A stretch of DNA of 56,591 bases from positions 1-56,591 of the forward strand of contig CAOJZZ010000004.1 in assembly GCA_948466315.1 (NCBI GenBank), read 5' to 3'. Shown one piece after another: positions 21,824 to 31,796 of the stretch. Position numbers and translations under genes: made by a program. The notes beneath the pieces were generated by a model. It ran no database searches. It was not told where the DNA came from and saw only the letters and a program-made list of their open reading frames with translations. How positions within the stretch are numbered: position 1 is the first letter of the stretch; each line of letters opens with the position of its first letter. Source of the stretch: an uncultured Mycoplasmatota bacterium. GTDB lineage: Bacteria; Bacillota_I; Bacilli_A; RF39; UBA660.

Positions 21824-22870
21824 ATGGATAAGAATAATTTATATGTTAGAAAAAATATGCATTACACGACAGTAACACTTCTAGGAATTTCTATAATAAC
21901 AGCACTTGTAATTTTTGTTAGCATAGCTTATGCAGCTTTAAATGTTAGCTTAATGATATCAGGAGACTTAGAGTATGAAGCTGGTAAGGAATTATACAGT
22001 ATAATATCAAAGTCATCAAAAGGATTAGATACTAATATAGACTTTTCTGTAGCACCAACAGAAGCAACATCAGGAGTATATAAAATGAATAGTACTAATA
22101 GTGATAAATATCCAGTCTATTATTATCGAGGAATAGTAAGTAATAATAACGTAAAGTTTGCAGGGTTTTGTTGGAAAATGGTAAGAACAACATCAACAGG
22201 AGGAGTAAAGTTAATCTATAATGGCGTACCAGGAAGTGATGGAAGTTGTAATAATACAGGGACAGCAACTCAGATAGGGGAAAGTAAATTTAATAGTAGT
22301 CATGATGATACAAAATATGTAGGATACACCTATGATACAAATACTAATTCAACTGTAAAAACATATATAGATGACTGGTACTATAAAAATATGGTAAGTT
22401 ATACAGGAATGTTAGAGGATACAGAGTGGTGTAATGATAGGAGTGTATCAAGTACTGATGACTATAATATATATTATGGAGCATATGAAAGAAATTATAA
22501 TTCACATAAACCAAGTATAATATGTACAACTGCCAGTGATAAATATACAGTAAGTAGTAGCAAGGGAAATGGATTGTTAAAATATCCAGTAGCCTTACTA
22601 ACAGCAGATGAGGCAACCTTAGCAGGAAATGGAAAGCCTGGATATACTAGTAGTGGATATCTGAGTACTGGAAAAAGTTGGTGGACTTTGTCGCCTAGCA
22701 AATTCAACTACAACGACCGCGAGTTCGGCGTGGGCGGCAGTGGTGACCTGTACTACAGCGTCGTGAGTTATTCAAATGGCGTCCGACCAGCGGTTTCACT
22801 AGTGCCTAGGACTAAGGTGTCTGTAGGAAATGGGACAGTTTCTAATCCATATCAAATTATAGGAGGCTGA
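21824..22870 (+). CDS. Surface protein with C-terminal CLec-type (WW..SP...GVRP) domain; candidate DGR target, copy A
   Basis: N-terminal TM ending IAYAAL; NN.V.F.G.CW..VR; GVRPAVSL; NNC-rich 3' segment. Confidence 0.75.
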   Translation: MDKNNLYVRKNMHYTTVTLLGISIITALVIFVSIAYAALNVSLMISGDLEYEAGKELYSIISKSSKGLDTNIDFSVAPTEATSGVYKMNSTNSDKYPVYYYRGIVSNNNVKFAGFCWKMVRTTSTGGVKLIYNGVPGSDGSCNNTGTATQIGESKFNSSHDDTKYVGYTYDTNTNSTVKTYIDDWYYKNMVSYTGMLEDTEWCNDRSVSSTDDYNIYYGAYERNYNSHKPSIICTTASDKYTVSSSKGNGLLKYPVALLTADEATLAGNGKPGYTSSGYLSTGKSWWTLSPSKFNYNDREFGVGGSGDLYYSVVSYSNGVRPAVSLVPRTKVSVGNGTVSNPYQIIGG

Positions 22871-23057
22871 GTAGTTTAATACCATATCTTTTGCCTTTGC
22901 TTAAAACACACACCCCCTTCGTAGGAACAACCTATTTATATCAAATTAATGTATGCAATATGACTGTACTTTCTTAGCAAGAATAGTGGAGGTTTTATAA
23001 TATGATGAGTAAGCTTAAAAAAATAATGCCTATTTAAAAATATAATAGAAAGTATAA

Positions 23058-23465
23058 ATGTTAAAGTAAAAAGTAATAACTATAACTTTATTAATTAGTG
23101 TAATATTACTTGCCTACATTGTCCTAGGTCTTGGTAGATTCGGTATTTTATCTATTGCCTCTAGTTCTATAAGTAATACTATTAATAAAGGTGATGCAAT
23201 TATTATAGATAAAAGAAAAAAAGAATATAAAGTAAAAGATATAATTGCTTTTTCAAGAGGAGGCAAAATAATAGTACATCGAATAACTAGAGTTATTAAA
23301 AAAGACTGAAATATCTATTACAAAACTAAAGGTGATTTTAATGAAAAAGAAGATGACTTCTTTATAAACAGTAAACTAGTTATAGTCCAAGAAAAATTTA
23401 GAATACTATTTCTTGGGATACTGTCAATTACCATAAATGAACTACTCCAAAACTTCCCTATATAA
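23058..23465 (+). pseudogene. SipW/S26B-type signal peptidase I pseudogene
   Basis: Manual translation IASSSISNTINKGD...YKVKDIIAF...IVHRI...KD*NIYYKTKGDFN; in-frame stops and a decayed catalytic S(G)SM motif. Confidence 0.75.
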
Positions 23466-23861
23466 CAGCTATATACTAAGACTAAAATTAAGACAATTGA
23501 GAAAAATGGTTATTTGAAAAAAGCAATACTAAAGAATTTATTAAATAACAAGTATTACACTAATCATGGTAATACTTTTATTTTGCTCTAATATAAAGAG
23601 TTTTCTCTTATATATTCATGAATTTGTTATTGGGATTTTTAAAATAATAGGCTAATAAAAAGAGTAATTTAAACTTATAAAGTAAGTTTCAGATAAAAAA
23701 TTAATTTTATAATGCAAACTATAAAATTCTATAAAGAATAGCTTTTTAATAAATTATTTTATTTTTTATGTAAAGACATGTGTCAAATTCTAATAATTAC
23801 CTCAAAAAAATTCTCCCAAATATTTACTTTTACAAGGATTTTAGGTAATATATAGATAAGC

Positions 23862-23886
23862 AGTGGTTGATAGTGGTGAAAAGTGG
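23862..23886 (+). promoter_or_regulatory. MraZ-binding direct repeats
   Basis: Three AGTGG repeats at 10-nt period (23862, 23872, 23882) directly before mraZ. Confidence 0.8.
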
Positions 23887-23895
23887 GGGATAATT

Positions 23896-24333
23896 ATGTT
23901 TATAGGTGAATATCATCATTCTATTGATGAAAAGAACAGATTAATAATTCCTTCTAAATTCCGTGATGAACTTGGAGAAAAGTTTATTATTACTAGAGGA
24001 ATTGAGAATTGTCTTTTTGTTTATTCGATGGAATCATGGAATAAAATCACCGAAAAACTAGAAACCTTACCATTTACCAAAAAAGATGCCAGAGCTTTTG
24101 TTCGCTTCTTTCTATCAGGTGCTACTGTTGCAGAATTTGATAAGCAAGGCCGTGTTAATATTACCTCCCCATTAACAACCTATGCCAATTTAAAAAAAGA
24201 ATGTGTTATAATTGGTACAGGTGATAGGCTAGAAATATGGTCTTTAGAAGATTGGAATGCTTTTTTCGATTCTGCATCTCTCAACATGTCAGATATAGCC
24301 GAAAATTTATTTAATGAAAGTGTGAATTTATGA
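23896..24333 (+). CDS. mraZ: Division/cell-wall cluster repressor MraZ
   Basis: MFIGEYHHSIDEKNRLIIP, DKQGR. Confidence 0.97.
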   Translation: MFIGEYHHSIDEKNRLIIPSKFRDELGEKFIITRGIENCLFVYSMESWNKITEKLETLPFTKKDARAFVRFFLSGATVAEFDKQGRVNITSPLTTYANLKKECVIIGTGDRLEIWSLEDWNAFFDSASLNMSDIAENLFNESVNL

Positions 24334-25262
24334 GCGAAAAACACAAAAGTGTATTATTAGAAGAATCAATTTCTTTACTGAATCTTAAAGAAGACAGTAT
24401 AATAGTTGATTGCACACTAGGCTATGGAGGACACAGTAGTAACATCTTGGCTAGAATAAAAAAGGGGTTTTTATTCGCCTTTGACCAAGATAGTGAAGCA
24501 ATTCGGCATAGTACTAATCGCTTAAATGAGATTGGTACTAACTTCACTATCATTAAAAGTAATTTTGTCAATCTAAAAGAAGAACTACAAAAACAAAATA
24601 TCAAAGAAGTAGATGGCTTTTTATTCGATTTAGGTGTCTCATCACCTCAGTTAGATGAAGGGAAAAGAGGTTTTTCATATCATGAAGACGCAAGACTTGA
24701 TATGCGTATGGATCAAGAAAAAGAACTATCCGCATATGAGGTGGTAAACGAATATTCAAAAGAACAACTAGCCACTATTTTTTATAAATATGGGGAAGAT
24801 AAGTTTTCAAATAACATAGCTAAAAAAATAGTAGAATACCGAAAAAATAAAAACATAGAAACAACGTTAGAATTGGTAGAGATAATTAAAAGTGCTGTTC
24901 CTATGAAATTTCGTAAAGAAAAACATCCAGCAAGACAAATATTTCAAGCACTACGTATTGAAGTAAATCATGAATTAGATGTGATTGCTCCATCATTTGA
25001 AGATGCTTTGAAAATGTTAAAAATTGGTGGTAGAATAGTAGTAATAACATTTCATTCATTAGAAGATCGCATAGTTAAAAATATCTTTAAAGAAAAATGT
25101 ACTATCGACCCTAAAATAAAGGGAATGCCAAATATTCCAACAGAATATTTACCAGATTATAAATTAATAACTAATAAAGCAATTATGCCAACTGATGAGG
25201 AATTAAAAAATAATCCACGAGCAAGAAGCGCCAAACTTCGCGTTATTGAAAGGATAAAATAA
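24330..25262 (+). CDS. rsmH: 16S rRNA m4C1402 methyltransferase
   Basis: DCTLGYGGHS, DLGVSSPQLD, NNPRARSAKLR. Confidence 0.98.
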   Translation: MSEKHKSVLLEESISLLNLKEDSIIVDCTLGYGGHSSNILARIKKGFLFAFDQDSEAIRHSTNRLNEIGTNFTIIKSNFVNLKEELQKQNIKEVDGFLFDLGVSSPQLDEGKRGFSYHEDARLDMRMDQEKELSAYEVVNEYSKEQLATIFYKYGEDKFSNNIAKKIVEYRKNKNIETTLELVEIIKSAVPMKFRKEKHPARQIFQALRIEVNHELDVIAPSFEDALKMLKIGGRIVVITFHSLEDRIVKNIFKEKCTIDPKIKGMPNIPTEYLPDYKLITNKAIMPTDEELKNNPRARSAKLRVIERIK

Positions 25263-25275
25263 AGAAGGTGATAAA

Positions 25276-25575
25276 ATGAGAAAAACAAAAAAGAAACTAA
25301 AAATGTCCAAATTTGAAAAACTACTTTATACCTTAGCTTTGTTCTTGTTAGTAATATCGCCAGTTTCCATTGTTTTTTCAAAAGCCACCTTATCAAAAGT
25401 TAACTTTGAAGTAGAAAAACAAAAGAAAGAAATAGAAAAACAAGAAAAAACAAATGAAAGTCTAGCGATGGCAATTAATGAATTAGCTTCCCTAACTAAG
25501 ATTCAAGAAGTTGCAGAACAGCAAGGTTTGAGTTATAATAATAATAATATAAAAACTGTAACAGAAGATAAATAG
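25276..25575 (+). CDS. ftsL: Cell division protein FtsL
   Basis: TM + coiled coil; lies between rsmH and the PBP gene. Confidence 0.85.
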   Translation: MRKTKKKLKMSKFEKLLYTLALFLLVISPVSIVFSKATLSKVNFEVEKQKKEIEKQEKTNESLAMAINELASLTKIQEVAEQQGLSYNNNNIKTVTEDK

Positions 25576-25588
25576 GGAAGTGATTTAG

Positions 25589-27736
25589 TTGAAAAAGAAA
25601 AAGAAGAGAAATAATGTAAAATATTCTAAAGTAATTATCATATTTTCTCTTCTTTTATTTGGCATCATAATAGGAAGAGTTATCCAATTATCTACCTCTA
25701 GTGAAATAGATGGTGTTAACCTAAAGAAATTAGCTGCTAAAAGAACTACTAAAACTGAAACACTACCAGCTCAAAGAGGTAGTATTTACTCATCTAATGG
25801 TGATATCCTTGCTCAAAATGTTTCATCTTATAAATTAATAGCCTATCTAGATCCTAAAAGAACAACTAAAAAGAATAAACCTCAGCATGTAGTTGATAAA
25901 GAAAAAACAGCAGAATCTCTTTCGCCAATACTAGGGATGGAAAAAGATGAAGTTTTAAAATACTTAAACAAAGAAAATGTTTATCAGACTGAATTTGGTA
26001 GCAAAGGCAAAGGACTTAATGAATTAACAAGAAAAAAGATTGAAGATTTAAACTTACCAGGACTAGATTTTATTGAAAGTTTTAGAAGATATTATCCTAA
26101 AGGAGATTTTGCTTCTTATACCATTGGTTATGCTAAAAGTAGTGAAGAAGATTCAAATGACTTAATTGTTGGAGAAATGGGAGTAGAAAAATATTATGAT
26201 AAAATTCTAAAAGGAGAAGATGGATATATAACTTATCAAAAGGACCTGAAAGGTTACAAAATTTCTGATACTAATGTTGTAAGACATGATGCTAGTCAAG
26301 GAAAAGATATTTATCTAACTATTGATAGTAATATCCAATTTTTTGTTGAACAAGCCCTAAATAATGCTGATATTGACTATGATTTTGAATGGTTTCATAT
26401 TACTATTGCTGATGCTAAAACAGCGGCTGTCTTAGCAACCGCTACTGCTCCATCTTTTGATCCTAATAAAAGAAATATGACTAACTATTTAGATCTTTTA
26501 GTTTCATCTCCATATGAACCAGGTTCAACTATGAAAACATTTACTTATATGGCTGCTATGGAAAACGGTGTTTATGATGGAAATGAAACATATAATTCTG
26601 GTGTTTACACCACCTCAGATGGAACCCAAATAGGTGATTGGGACAGGAATGGTTGGGGAACAATAACTTTTGACAAAGGTTATGCTATGAGTAGTAATGT
26701 TGGTATCATTAATTTAATAAATCGTCATATGTCAAGTATTATGTTAAGACAATACTTTAAAAAATTAGGTTTTGGTAAAAAAACTAGAATATCCCTTCCT
26801 AATGAAGCTACAGGTAGTCTAGACTTTAAATACGAAACTGAAATATTTAATGCTGGCTTTGGGCAAAGAGTAACAACCACTCCGATTCAAAATATTCAAG
26901 CGATGACACCTTTAACTAATGATGGTATGTTATTAAGACCTTATATTGTTGAAAAAATAGTAGATCCTGATACTAAAGAGATAATTCTTCAAAATAAAAA
27001 AGATGAACAAGAACGTGTAGCTTCAAGTGCAACCATTCAGAAAATGATTCAACTAATGGATGATTGTGTCAACGGACTTGGCAATACTGGAAGCAGGTAT
27101 CGTCTAGATAGTGGTGAATTAATAGGAAAAACAGGTACTGCTCAAATCGCTAATGAAAGTGGCGGAGGTTATTTGTCAGGAGAAGCTGATATCATTTCTT
27201 CTTTCGCTGGACTCTATCCAAAAAGTAACCCCCAAATAATCATTTATGCTTCTGTAAAAAGACCAACTGCTGGTAGTCAAAAACCAATAGCCAATGCCAT
27301 TAAAGAAATTGTTGAAAATATTTCAAAATACTATGGTAATCATGATATTAAAGAAAATGTAATACCAATTACTGACTATAAATTACCAAGTTTTACTAAT
27401 AAAAAATTAGACACAGTAAAAACTACTTTAGATGCTGATGGTATGAAATATCAAATTATTGGTTCAGGTAATAAAGTAATAAAACAATCTCCTACTAAAG
27501 ATACTACAATTACCAATAAAGATACCATTTATTTAATAACCAATGACCAAGAAATAACTATTCCTAATGTAGTAGGGCTATCATCAAAAGTAGCTAAAGA
27601 CTTATTGCAAAAACTAGATGTTAAAGTAAATCTAGACGGAGTAGGCTATGTAGTAGAACAATCAATTCCAGAAGGAACAAAAATCACACCAGGTTTAGAA
27701 ATAAAATTAAACTTATCTCCAAAATTTAGTGCCTAA
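25589..27736 (+). CDS. pbpB: Class B PBP (PBP2B/FtsI) with two PASTA domains
   Basis: EPGSTMK, SSN, KTGTAQ, PASTA repeats; follows ftsL. Confidence 0.92.
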   Translation: MKKKKKRNNVKYSKVIIIFSLLLFGIIIGRVIQLSTSSEIDGVNLKKLAAKRTTKTETLPAQRGSIYSSNGDILAQNVSSYKLIAYLDPKRTTKKNKPQHVVDKEKTAESLSPILGMEKDEVLKYLNKENVYQTEFGSKGKGLNELTRKKIEDLNLPGLDFIESFRRYYPKGDFASYTIGYAKSSEEDSNDLIVGEMGVEKYYDKILKGEDGYITYQKDLKGYKISDTNVVRHDASQGKDIYLTIDSNIQFFVEQALNNADIDYDFEWFHITIADAKTAAVLATATAPSFDPNKRNMTNYLDLLVSSPYEPGSTMKTFTYMAAMENGVYDGNETYNSGVYTTSDGTQIGDWDRNGWGTITFDKGYAMSSNVGIINLINRHMSSIMLRQYFKKLGFGKKTRISLPNEATGSLDFKYETEIFNAGFGQRVTTTPIQNIQAMTPLTNDGMLLRPYIVEKIVDPDTKEIILQNKKDEQERVASSATIQKMIQLMDDCVNGLGNTGSRYRLDSGELIGKTGTAQIANESGGGYLSGEADIISSFAGLYPKSNPQIIIYASVKRPTAGSQKPIANAIKEIVENISKYYGNHDIKENVIPITDYKLPSFTNKKLDTVKTTLDADGMKYQIIGSGNKVIKQSPTKDTTITNKDTIYLITNDQEITIPNVVGLSSKVAKDLLQKLDVKVNLDGVGYVVEQSIPEGTKITPGLEIKLNLSPKFSA

Positions 27737-27746
27737 TGGAGGCTTT

Positions 27747-28637
27747 ATGAATAAAAAGATAATAACATTAATAGAGGCTATTGTAATAATAATAATCACA
27801 ATTCTATCAGTCTGTTTTAAATTTTACCCAGAATATAAAAAGACCCAAGGAAGCAGTGATTCTTTCTTAGATGTTGAAAATTATAAAGACATAGTCGAAC
27901 TATCAATAAATCAAGCCCCAAACTTTGCCTTAATTACTAATAATAACAATGAAGTAGCTTCTATTTTCTTTTTCGATGAAGCCTCTTTGTGTCTTTATAA
28001 TAAAAATATTGAAAACAACCAAATACCTACAACTATCAAAGAAATTATAAAACATCTGATTCAAAACGATTATTTAAAACAATATGATACTATAACTATA
28101 ACAAAATATAAAAATAATTCCTATCAAGATATAAAAAAAAGTATTCAAGATGAATTAACTAGATTACAACTAGATCTTACCTTAATAGAAAATGAAAATA
28201 CACTTACAGAAAAGGCTAAACAATTAGACTTAACTGGAGAAGACGATAAAACAATATTAAGACAATTAAATATATATTCCCAAGATATCATAAGAAAAAA
28301 TAAAAATAATGTTAATAAAAAAGATAATCAAACTATAACAAATAATAAAGAGAATTTAACAGAAGAAAAAGCTCAAGAGTATATAGAAAATGTTTATAAA
28401 AAAATTGCTAATTACACTAAAGAAAACAACATTATAAATCAGGAAATAACTTCTAATATTTTACCAATAACTTTAATACCAGCAGATCAGTCTGGCACTT
28501 ATTATCCTAGTGAGAAAAGTTGGTATTACATAGAAAATGGTCAAATATATGCTTATATAAATCTAAAGACACCAACTACTAACTATAGCTACTGCTATCA
28601 AGGCTCAATAAATATTTATAAAAAAGGGGAATGCTAA
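27747..28637 (+). CDS. Membrane-anchored hypothetical protein (weak RsgI-extracellular-domain resemblance)
   Basis: N-terminal TM; VELSIN.AP.FAL segment; SD GGAGG. Confidence 0.5.
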   Translation: MNKKIITLIEAIVIIIITILSVCFKFYPEYKKTQGSSDSFLDVENYKDIVELSINQAPNFALITNNNNEVASIFFFDEASLCLYNKNIENNQIPTTIKEIIKHLIQNDYLKQYDTITITKYKNNSYQDIKKSIQDELTRLQLDLTLIENENTLTEKAKQLDLTGEDDKTILRQLNIYSQDIIRKNKNNVNKKDNQTITNNKENLTEEKAQEYIENVYKKIANYTKENNIINQEITSNILPITLIPADQSGTYYPSEKSWYYIENGQIYAYINLKTPTTNYSYCYQGSINIYKKGEC

Positions 28638-29174
28638 ATGAAAACAAGAATCAATATGAGGAACTTAATTATTATAATACTTTGTATTACTATTATTTGT
28701 ATGGGGATAAGCTTTGCCTACCTTTCTGTAAAATTAGAAAAGAAAAATCAACAAAAAGAAATCTTTGACGTCTCTTTTACCAAAATTAGTAATAAAAGTC
28801 ATGTTAAGGGCGGACAAATAGCTCCTAGTGGTACTCATAGTATCACTGACCAAGGAAAAACTCTAAATATGCATCTTATTTTGAATATGCCACATGATGA
28901 ACTGGCATATACAGTCATAATAAAAAATGAAGGTACCATACCAGCTGAAATTGTAAGTATAAAAGAATTTCCCGATTTTACAAACAACATCAGTGCTGAA
29001 CAAAGTATTTTACCATTATCCATATCTCATAATGACGTAATAGGAGAAGTGCTTCAACCACAAGAAGAAATAGAATTAACAATAACAGCCATTTATAATC
29101 CTACTACCAGTATTACCTCTAAAACAATAGACTACCAATTAAGCGTTATTGCTACTACACCAAAAGAAGATTAA
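28638..29174 (+). CDS. Secreted hypothetical protein with SipW-type signal (GISFAYL)
   Basis: N-terminal TM; IKNEGTIPA beta-rich body. Confidence 0.55.
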   Translation: MKTRINMRNLIIIILCITIICMGISFAYLSVKLEKKNQQKEIFDVSFTKISNKSHVKGGQIAPSGTHSITDQGKTLNMHLILNMPHDELAYTVIIKNEGTIPAEIVSIKEFPDFTNNISAEQSILPLSISHNDVIGEVLQPQEEIELTITAIYNPTTSITSKTIDYQLSVIATTPKED

Positions 29175-29517
29175 TAATTTTTTTGTTAATAAAGTAAAGT
29201 AGAAAGGAACCTTATCTTAACAAAATTATTTAAATATTTAATATATTGAAATATATCTTATATTTATGAAGATAACTTATTTTTGTAGTTATTTAGTATA
29301 AATAAAGTTATTTTAATAGATAAATAGTTATAAAATATCATATCCATTATTAAATTATCTCTCAAAATTATAAATATCCTAAGTCCTTACTCTATAATAA
29401 ATATTAAAATAACTTTAACTAATTAATGCTCTAATATCTATTCGATACAAAAAACTACCTTCATTGACAAGTAAGCTATTTTTGATATAATTATATATAG
29501 AATAGGAGTTCAGCTTT

Positions 29518-31047
29518 ATGGATAATAAAAAAATAGAAGTATTAGATTCAAAAACAACAGAGATTAAAATAATTAATCAAGAACAAACAGAAATGCTAAC
29601 GCCACCAGCAGCACCACCTCAAATTGAAAATACTTCTTTTAACCAAAAAACAACTAACTACGAAGAACCACTTCCTAAAAAAACTTTCAAAATATCTTTA
29701 AAACAAATAATAGGTATAATTACCTGTATAGTTCTTGCTATTATCCTAATAGTAATAGGGTGTTATCTTTCTTATGTCAGCAATCCAAAGCAAATAATAA
29801 AAACATCTATAAATAATTTTGCCTTAGCCCTAAATGATTTATTCAAGAAAGACGAAGACTTAGATATGAAAGATACCTATACACTTACTTCTGACATAAA
29901 ATTAGATTTAAAAAGTAATAATACAATTAACCAAAATACTGAGCAACTTATTATTAATAATCTTCTAAAAAATCTTAGTAATACTAATAATAGTTTAGTT
30001 TACAAAAAAGATAAAAATAAAAAACAACTATACATAAATTGGGCAACTAATTATAATAATCAAGAATTACTAAATACCAAATACTTAATAAGTGATTCTA
30101 CAGAATATTATTATGTAAGTGGCTTTCTCGATAAATATGTAAATAATGGTACTAATAACTATTTTGAATCTTTAAATGAAGAAACTACCACTAAAGACAA
30201 CATCACTTATATTTATGATACTATACTAAAATCTTTACAAGAGAACTTAAAAGATGATTATTTTGAAAAATATCAAGAAACAACTTCTTTTTCTTCAAAA
30301 GATGAAAAATTAACTAAGGTTTCATTAAAATTAAATAATGAACGTCTAAAAAAAATCTCTTCTGGTATCTTAAAAGATTTAAAAAATGATTCTAAAGCTA
30401 AAGGGATATTAACTAATACAGATAAGGACTTCTTTAAGAAAAAAGACAAAGATTCTACTAAGTTTTTAGAAAAAGATGAAAATATTATTTTTAATGTTTA
30501 TACAACTAACATACTACATAAAATTAAAAAGTATGAATTAATTTATCAAAATAATACAGAAGAGACTAAAATAACCTATGAACAAGATATTGACAAAAGT
30601 CAAGGGACAATGTATATAATAGAAAATAATAAGGTTACTTATGAATTAAAAATTACTAAAGTAAATAATAAATACAAAATAAATATTTTAGATGCTAATT
30701 CTAATAACCAATTAGGAAAAATCACCTTCGAAAAAAATAACAAACGGACATCTCTATTAGTAGACTTTAGTAATAATAATAACCAAATAAATATAGATTA
30801 TGACCTAAGACTAAGTAATATAGTACCTAATAAGTCTTATGATAGTACTATGAAATTATCACTTAAGATAATAGAAAATAATACAAGTATTTTAAATGGA
30901 AGTATAAAAGCTACTAATAAAATTACTAATAAAGTAAAAATCTCAGAGGAAACACAAACATCAATTCTAGAAAGTAGTATCACAGAAGAACAAAGAAATA
31001 TATTAAACCAAAAACTAGAAAGTATTCTAAATCAGTTAACAAGCTAG
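29518..31047 (+). CDS. Membrane-anchored hypothetical protein, paralog of 34289-35725
   Basis: Single TM; shares YV.GG.N.YFE.L and SL..NLKDDYF with the paralog. Confidence 0.65.
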   Translation: MDNKKIEVLDSKTTEIKIINQEQTEMLTPPAAPPQIENTSFNQKTTNYEEPLPKKTFKISLKQIIGIITCIVLAIILIVIGCYLSYVSNPKQIIKTSINNFALALNDLFKKDEDLDMKDTYTLTSDIKLDLKSNNTINQNTEQLIINNLLKNLSNTNNSLVYKKDKNKKQLYINWATNYNNQELLNTKYLISDSTEYYYVSGFLDKYVNNGTNNYFESLNEETTTKDNITYIYDTILKSLQENLKDDYFEKYQETTSFSSKDEKLTKVSLKLNNERLKKISSGILKDLKNDSKAKGILTNTDKDFFKKKDKDSTKFLEKDENIIFNVYTTNILHKIKKYELIYQNNTEETKITYEQDIDKSQGTMYIIENNKVTYELKITKVNNKYKINILDANSNNQLGKITFEKNNKRTSLLVDFSNNNNQINIDYDLRLSNIVPNKSYDSTMKLSLKIIENNTSILNGSIKATNKITNKVKISEETQTSILESSITEEQRNILNQKLESILNQLTS

Positions 31048-31062
31048 AAAAAGGAGTAGTAT

Positions 31063-31614
31063 ATGAGTAGAGAACAAAAAAATGTCAAAAAATCCCCTAA
31101 CAAAACTAAAAATAAAAAATTAATCAAAGAAAAAACACCAAAAACAAATTCTGATAAAGTACTAATAACAGTCTTTTTCTTATTATTAATATTAGTAGTT
31201 ATCTTAGGTATAAGTGTTTTAAATGCTAAAAATAAAAATATTGATAAAATTAAAGCTAATGTTATAATACCAGTATTAGGAACTAAATTAAATAATTCTT
31301 TAAGTGTAGATATCTCTAATATGAAAAAAACAGAAGAAAAAGAATATATTTTTAAAATTGCTAACTATCGAGGAAATAAAATAAATAAAGAAAATATAGA
31401 GTATCAAATAAATTTAACTAAACCAAAAAATGTTACTTTAAAATTATATAAAAACGATAATAATACTAATCTCTTAAGTAACAAGGAAACTTTAGAAATA
31501 GGTGGAATACAATTAGAAAGGAATAAGAAAAAAGTCGATTTATATCGATTAGTCATTAAAAGTAATAAAAAGACTACCAAAGATGATAAAATAGAAATTA
31601 TAATAAAAAGTTAA
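31063..31614 (+). CDS. Membrane-anchored hypothetical protein
   Basis: SD, basic N-terminus, single TM. Confidence 0.6.
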   Translation: MSREQKNVKKSPNKTKNKKLIKEKTPKTNSDKVLITVFFLLLILVVILGISVLNAKNKNIDKIKANVIIPVLGTKLNNSLSVDISNMKKTEEKEYIFKIANYRGNKINKENIEYQINLTKPKNVTLKLYKNDNNTNLLSNKETLEIGGIQLERNKKKVDLYRLVIKSNKKTTKDDKIEIIIKS

Positions 31615-31796
31615 TATTATTTTATAATTAAAATACCAAAAAAAATACAGCCTACTAAGGATGTGTTTTTTCTATAAATAAATATTTCATAATAAAAAGG
31701 TTACCAGTTATAAGTAACCAAATCAAATGAAATTACTAATTATGTATAAATTTATATTATAATTAATATACAAGAATCAGCATGTAACAGTTCTAA

